Below are positions 56,598 to 64,000 of a DNA stretch of 64,000 nt, one piece after another (within the stretch, counting starts at the first letter, position 1; every line of letters begins with the position of its first letter). Origin of the DNA: Eledone cirrhosa (taxonomy: Eukaryota); contig OZ024741.1 in assembly GCA_964016885.1 (NCBI GenBank), positions 325,190,001-325,254,000 on the forward strand, given 5' to 3'. The position numbers and the translations under genes are program-made. The notes under the pieces were generated by a model. The model was not told the origin of the DNA, did no database searches, and saw only the letters and a list, made by a program, of their open reading frames with translations.

Positions 56598-58440
56598 TAT
56601 GGACCACAATATAGAGCACTCCTTATCCCGGTCCATAATTTGCTCAGCCCAGCCATATAACGGCAGCACAGGCGTTTGTAATTTATGTATAGCTGAAACC
56701 TTTAATATTATTAGAGGCGGCCCCCTATTAATCAATAGGAGAGCGGATTTTTTCAGCAACTGCCAACATAGAACCTCGAAAACCTTCCGCAGGATTTTTG
56801 GAAAGTAACCTACCACTATCTCCTCCCTTTTTACCATAGCCATGGAGTTCTCTCAATTAGCAAAAAAACAGACAATCACACACTCAGGTAGTAGATAGCT
56901 AAGATCGTTTGCGCACTTACAAACGGTACTCGGTTTGTTTCGACAGACTACCTAGTTAGTAAATAGTTAGAATGATTACACACTCAGTTAAGACCGATTA
57001 CGCGCATTCACCATTACTTTAGAATACCCTAACCATTGAGTTCTCTCGGTTAGTAAATAGTTAGACGTATTACACACTCAGTTAAGACCGATTACGCTCT
57101 TTATACATAACTCTACACACAGTACCCGGTTTCTTTAGACACAGAGTTCCCACAGTTATGACTGGTAACGATCCTATCATTTGAACTCTACACTAGGTTT
57201 TGATCCGTGATCATCTAACCATGGAGTGCTCACCGTTACTGATTGGACTATACTACTTACACACCATTAATGGGCTTACACACATCCCCGGAGTTTTGCT
57301 ATTATTTTATTTTATTTTATTTTATTTTATTTTATTTTATTTTATTTTATTTTATTTTTATTTCTGTGTTGCGTAACGCACCTCCACCACTCAAACACCT
57401 ATCTTAAAAGCCCAAGGGCCCATATGACGGGAAAACACACATACTGACACCTTAACTCAAATACCCAACCCTACACAGAGCCCCTTGGTGGCTTACACGA
57501 CGGTTGCTTGCACGCACAGATTTGGGGACCCAGATTCTCAATGAGACAACGGCACATACAGAGTTCGATATTAGCTGACTATTTGCTCTTCACATGGATG
57601 TGTATATACCAAAACATACACTTTCTAGACGATACGGATGTGTATATACCAAAACATACACTATTTAGAAGATACGGATGTTACTATTCAATCGATACAC
57701 GTATAGCAGAACATTGAACCGAATTTACTTGCGTGTGTATAGGGTTGCGGTTGACCCAATTTTTCCAATTTACATCGTCAAATTGAGATTTGACCAATAT
57801 AACATTTGTTGTTTTGTAACCTAACTTTCGGTGAATACTATGTTGGTATATATATATTTTTTCTTTGACCTCGCGTCAGTGTGTGTGAGTGTGTGTGTAC
57901 TCACTCACACTAACTGTGACCGACTGTAATTCTACATATTTGATGTTGAGATTAGACCCGTCCAGCGTCTTCTACAGCTATTGAGAGATAGATACTTGAT
58001 AGTTTTATGACCCTAATTGAAGACGATAGCAGTCGGCGTGTTTTGGCTGCTTAATCTTCATATGGGGGACAACAATCTAGTGAGTGAACATCGTTAAATT
58101 TTCTCCCTCATATCAAGGATTTGAAGACAATTCATTTTCACCTGACGAGATCAGTGATAATCGATCATGGCCACACGATCGATCTATCTCTTATTGAAAC
58201 ATGTGTCGTGATTAAAATGATTGGAAATTTATACCATGCCTTCGGATCTTTGGATCTTTATTTTGATACAAATACTCCGTTTTACATCATCTAGCTGTTC
58301 CCATAAATGGAATTGGAGATATACAAAAGCGTGGAGAACTTAATATTGGTAAAAATTTTTTATTGGACCGTATGACACAACCAATAATACACCTTACTAT
58401 ATAACAACTATATATATATGGAATACTGTTGGCTTTTTGC
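56598..58440 (+). mobile_element. PLE 3' fragment: GIY-YIG tail, long 3' UTR with internal tandem repeats, hammerhead at 58138-58211
   Basis: SIICSAQPYNGSTGVCNLCIAETFNII..LINRRADFFSNCQH. tcac-CTGACGA-long stem II-GAAA-catgtg-TC-gtga. Confidence 0.7.
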
Positions 58441-58462
58441 TACAATATTTTCTATACCTTTC

Positions 58463-58543
<81 letters not shown>

Positions 58544-58731
58544 TATATATACATATATTTATCAAGTAAGTATGTTTTTGAAACGGTGAGCGAGCTTGAA
58601 ATTAGAAATAGAACTTTCGCCGTATTTTCTGACTAAAGAAATTTTAGCCCGATAGATGGGTTTAGAACCCCACTCTAAGAAATGGAAAAAAGATGAGTAT
58701 TGACGTACATATATTTATATATATGTATACA

Positions 58732-58825
<94 letters not shown>

Positions 58826-58866
58826 ATATTATTTATAATTGTATATAGATTATATATATAAGTATA

Positions 58867-58929
<63 letters not shown>

Positions 58930-59486
58930 TACATATATATATATATATATACAAACATATATATGCGAAAATCTAAGTGTATATGTGCCTATACACGCAC
59001 GCACACTCACACATACATATATACATATATATATACATATATATATATACAGTGAAAACTTAAAGGTGTGCACACACCAATATAAGTACACACATATACA
59101 ACCATAGGTATACACACATACAAACACATACTCACACACAAAACACAAAGAAACTAAAGAAAGATGTCAAAGGAATTTGTAAGCTTCATTGAACAATAAA
59201 ATCAATTTATTGATTAAAGTTTTAAAAGATTTTAAACTATTATACTGTGTAGAGGAACAGATATTTAATCAGGGGAACTTTAATGTAGATGACATTTAAG
59301 ATATCTCTTTCTCTCTGTTTCTCTGTCTGTCTGCCTGTCTGTCTGGTTCTGTTGTGTTTATCTGAATCACTGGCTCTGTGTACTTGTATGTCTCTATCTC
59401 TCTGTCTCTCTGTCTCTCTGTCTCTCTGTCTCTCTCTGTCTGTCCGCCTGCCTATCTATTTGTCTGTTCACCAATCCGCCTGTCCA

Positions 59487-59621
<135 letters not shown>

Positions 59622-60004
59622 TTATCTCTGTTTCTGTGTCTGCCTGTCTGTTTGTCCGTCTGTGTCTTATTTGGAGGCTAAGATCTTTGATACTTACATC
59701 CTACCAGTTGTGTTATATGGTCTTGTCTGTGTTAATTGGACGACAAGGTCACTTCAGAAGCTCTCTATATTCCAGAACCACATCATGAGACTTATGACTG
59801 GCAAGTGGCTCAACGATCGTATCTGTATCACTGAGCTGCTCAACACTACCAGTCTTAGACAAATTACATCAATTGTCAAGTCAAGAGTATTCAAACTATA
59901 CGGTCTATAAAAAGATCAACTCGTGGTATGAGTATGTTATGCCTAGAAGGAAAGTTGGCTGGTAAGAGAAGCAGAGGCCGGTAGTCAAAACGATGGTTTG
60001 ATAA

Positions 60005-61763
60005 CACCGTGTAACAAAAACATTTTTTTCTCTGTTCCTGGCTTGTAATCACTTTTTTTGTGTTGCTTAGGTCCCAAATAAATAAAAAAAAGTGCTATTA
60101 AACAGTTACAAGTTTGGGTTTGTAAAAATTCTAAGCTATTCACTAGAATTATTTGTATGCTGGATTTTACGTTGTATGTAAGTTTAATTTGCTTATGTTA
60201 AATGATTTTTTTTTATATATGTTTCAGGTTAAATTAAAATTATAAAATAAAGAGTAATACCTAAAGAAAATTATAAAAGTGCAATAAAGTATAAAATTGT
60301 TAAAAAGTGGATTAAAGAGATTTATTGATACTGGATTTTCGCACCCTGATTAAAGGGTAAGTTGTGTTTTAAGCACGAATTTTCATTAGTATGATTCGTG
60401 TTCTTTTATATTATTTAAATATGTATTTCCCTTTCCAATATTTATTTTGTATTGCATATCAAATTTATTTTCCAAGACAAGTATTCTGATGAAGAGGAGG
60501 AGATGGATGCTGAGGACTTGGATTACCTGCCTGAGGTACCAGAAAAAGTTCCTCACTTCCCAAACCAAAAAGAAGTCAATGACTTGATCAGGGATATGGG
60601 TCTGACCCGGTCCAATGCAGAGTTATTTGTCTCCAGAATGAAGCAGTGGAACTTGGTCAAGGAGGAAGTGCAGGTGACAAGTCAGAGAAGTCGACACGAA
60701 CCTTTCTCAGGCTTTTACACTCTTAGGGATGGCCTCTGCTTCTGCCATGACGTGCCTGGACTGTTTGACGTTATTGGGTGCCGTTTGTGCCCAAGGAGTG
60801 GCGGCTATTTATAGACAGCCCCACCATAAGCTCGAAGGCTGTACTCCTCCACAATGGAAACAAGTTCCCGACACTGCCCCTAGCTCATTCAGTCTGCCTG
60901 AAGGAATATTACTACAGTGTGAAAGTCCTCTTGGAAGCTCTGCAATACAACCAGTACAATTGGGAAATCATTGGAGACTTCAAGATGGTGGCTTTCCTGC
61001 TTGGACTCCAAGGAGGCTTTATCAAATTCCAATGCTTCCTCTGCCTTTGGGACAGCAGAGCCACCTCTGACCACTACAAAAGAAAGAACTGGGAGCAGCG
61101 AACAGAATTTGTAGTTGGGACCCGGAAAGTCACGTGGGAGCCACTGGTTGATCCCAGGATTGTGCTCATGCCGCCACTGCACATTAAGTTGGGGTTGATG
61201 AAGCAGTTTGTGAAGGCTCTCAACCAAGAATCAGCCGCTTTTAAGTACCTTCTTGAGTTCTTCCCCAAGTTATCTGAAGCCAAAATCAAAGGTGGAATTT
61301 TTGTTGGACCTCAGATAAAGAAGGTGTTTGAGTCTACCGAGTTCTCCAATAAGCTCAATAGGATTGAGAGAACAGGATGGAACTGTTTCAAGGCAGTTGT
61401 TAAGGGCTTCCTGGGCAACTACAGAGCTGAAAACTACCAGCAACTGGTGCAGGATCTGATAAAGGCTTTTGGCGCCATGGGATGCAGGATGTCGCTTAAA
61501 CTCCATATGCTGGACGTTCACCTGGAAAAATTCAAGGACAATATGGGCGGCTACTCAGAAGAACAAGGCGAACGATTCCACCAAGATGTGAAAGAGATAG
61601 AGCGGAGGTACCAGGGCCAATACAATGAAAAAATGATGGGGGACTATATCTGGGGGCTAACCCAAACTTCTGATTAAATAATAGTGTTTTTGTATAATAA
61701 TAGGATATAACAAACCATGAAATGACACTTAGAACCGGAGACCAAAAAATATGTTACACAGTG
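60005..61763 (+). mobile_element. Chapaev3-type (CMC superfamily) DNA transposon with TIRs and 3-bp TAA TSD
   Basis: taa|CACCGTGTAACA...TGTTACACAGTG|taa. Confidence 0.85.
60470..61677 (+). pseudogene. Chapaev3 transposase, N-terminally deleted, one frameshift at ~60778
   Basis: QKEVNDLIRDMGL..AELFVSRMKQWNL, EWRLFIDS, GDFKMV, CFLCLWDSR, PPLHIKLGLMKQFVKAL, MSLKLHML, SEEQGERFHQD. Confidence 0.85.
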
Positions 61764-62092
61764 TAATGTCAACCTATGGACTGGACTTGATCTTTGCTCT
61801 TTAAATTCTGTAGTTGGTGATCGGATTCTGTGGAGAAAAATATCTCATGTTGATGCGCAGTTTGCAACTGGCGGCGTTTAGCGTCAAAGTAGTAGTCTCT
61901 GTCTCTGTGTCTGCTTGTCTGCTTGTCTGTCTGTCTGTCTTTCTGTCTGTCTATCTGTCTGTCTGCCTGTCTGTCTCTCTTTGTATCTCTGCCTGTCTCT
62001 ATCTGTCTATCAACCAGTCAACCTGTCCGTCTTTCTGTCTGTCCACCTGTCTGTCTGTCTGCATGTCTGTCAGTCAGTATCTGTCAGTATCT

Positions 62093-62186
<94 letters not shown>

Positions 62187-62378
62187 GTCTGTTTGTCTGT
62201 CAGCCTATCTTTGTCTGTCAGTATCTGCCTGTCTGCTTGTCTCTTTCTGTATGTCTGTCTGTTTGTGCCATTGCGATAGACGGTGTGCTTTGATCATGTC
62301 ACCTGGTGGATTCCATCCTTCTTGTCTGGACACGACCAATTTCTTCATAATGAGTGAGAGAGCGAGCGAGAGAGAGAG

Positions 62379-62464
<86 letters not shown>

Positions 62465-62504
62465 GTGTGTAGAGGGTGTGTAGAGGTAGAGAGATATTAG
62501 AATG

Positions 62505-62660
62505 TTAGAAAGGATGGATCTACTCCCAGTACTGGACTGGTACTGGATTTATTGAGCACGAAAAGATGCCGAATAGAGGTGATTTTAGAGGGATTTGAAC
62601 TCAGATTTGTATAACGCAAAGTATTTATTCAGATGTACAAATGGCTTTGGCAATTCTACA
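62505..62660 (-). mobile_element. Decayed copy of the dominant SINE
   Basis: cccagtactggactggtact..ggatttgaactcaga. Confidence 0.55.
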
Positions 62661-63174
62661 CTTTAAAGAACACCTACACAAATCAATTATAGATTCCCCC
62701 TACCTTTCAAATAGAACACACGTCTTCCATGTTTGTAATCTTACATTTAGAAATTATACGTCTGTGACGTGCACATAATAAGGTCTAACTTTCTTGCCTT
62801 CGTAATTGGAATGTTGTCATGATTAAGTTATGTCATGCATGTTATGTTATGTTATGTTGTGTTATGTTATGTTGTGTTATGTTATGTTATGTTATATTAT
62901 GTTATATATATATATATATATATATACATTTATATAAAAATACATATACATGCACATGAACATGAATGTATATATATATGTATATATGTGTATATGTATG
63001 TATATAACAATCTCTCTCTCTCTTTTCTTCTCTCTCTTTTTTCCTTTCTGTCTCTCTGTCTCTCTATTTACGCACACACACGTAGTTATAGTTGATCACA
63101 TGCCATTACTCGAAGGTCTTATGCCAGATTACAAGAAGGGAAAATTTCAAATAGTGATAATCGTTCAAGTATAC

Positions 63175-63350
63175 ATAAAACAGGAATAATTTTTTAAAAC
63201 AGGAATAATTTTTTAAAACAGGAATAATTTAAGCACCAAGAATACTTGAACTGTTGAAATAATTCAAGTATTGGAATACCTGAACAGCTGAAATAATTCA
63301 ACAGTTAAAATAATTCAACAGCTAGAATAATTTAGTAGCTAGAAGAATTC
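63175..63350. repeat. Degenerate 17-19-bp minisatellite
   Basis: aaacaggaataatttttta x3, followed by variants of acagctgaaataattca. Confidence 0.7.
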
Positions 63351-63411
63351 ATCTGTTGATCCCGTTCTGAAATTGTTGATCCGGAGCGATGTGATCAACT
63401 GTAACTATTTA

Positions 63412-64000
63412 TAATAATAATAATAATGATTTCTTTATTGGCCACAAGGGCTGACATCAAGAAAAAACATTACATACGACACAGGACGGTACAGGACGGT
63501 ACGATGTGGGTTTTGTGCGTGTAAAGATTTTTATTATTTATATAAGAAACGAAAAAGAAAAACGACATAGAAATATATATATATATAAACAATAAAAATG
63601 AAAATTCAAACAATGAAAAATTCCCCAAGGGTTACTCGTGGCGAAAACCACACAAAAGACCACGACCACCCTGACCACCAGGGCAAGCGCTCTCTCTCAA
63701 TTTTTTCCCATTCCTCAAACTACAAGCGTATATTCAGAGCGGTCCCGTTCACTCGGACCATTCTCGCTACATTCACCCACCTTTCAACAAACTTGCTAGA
63801 AGAGAGCACTTGCCTCTCCACCCTGATTTTCCTCTTCAACTGAAACTTGAAAAAGTTAATCAGGGATTCGCCGAAGAGGAAAGTGTCTGTCTTTAACCCT
63901 TTCAACCTTGGCCACAAGGCATATGAAAACCGCCTGCCCTTCCTCCTCGAAGAAAGACGGCGAGACCATCTGCACAATGGACTCAGTCGATAACCGGATC
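63412..64000 (-). mobile_element. 3' fragment of a more distant Tx1/L1 relative with an (ATT)n tail
   Basis: RLKGLKTDTFL..IRVERQVLSSSKFVERWVNVARMVRVNG. 3' end cccttgtggccaataaagaaat plus cattattattat. Confidence 0.85.

Larger units (their letters stand above)
59672..61895 (+). mobile_element. RTE-like LINE 3' fragment (59672-60004 joined to 61767-61895), split by a Chapaev3 insertion
   Basis: IFDTYILPVVLYG..LEGKLAGKRSRGR*SKRWFD|NVNLWTGL..DRILWRK reads through once the insert is removed. Confidence 0.75.

Overview
Animal nuclear DNA with no convincing host gene. It is almost entirely transposon debris and microsatellites ((TA)n, (CA)n, (GA)n, (TATG)n, (TCTA)n, (TTG)n, (TTC)n). The repeat spectrum and SINEs suggest an octopus-like cephalopod (inference from recall, not a search). 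Main elements: a near full-length L1/Tx1 LINE (1-4640) with nested 3' fragments in (TCTA)n; a probably intact Penelope-like element (PLE; RT plus GIY-YIG, minus strand, 12657-17340) and five other PLE fragments; a decayed R4/Dong-type RLE retrotransposon (30051-34200); four Helitron remnants; a Chapaev3 transposon with TIRs and TAA TSD nested in an RTE-like LINE; a ~610-bp RTE-derived non-autonomous family (4 copies); and many tRNA-derived SINEs. Three signals lie outside the ORF track. (1) About 20 type I hammerhead ribozyme motifs, many inside fold-back or terminally redundant non-coding units in (TA)n (retrozyme/pLTR-like). (2) Six paired ACUAAY motifs directly after the PLE stop codon. (3) A shared 3' terminus between the dominant SINE and the R4/Dong element. 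All calls come from reading the sequence by eye, and boundaries are approximate unless termini are quoted.
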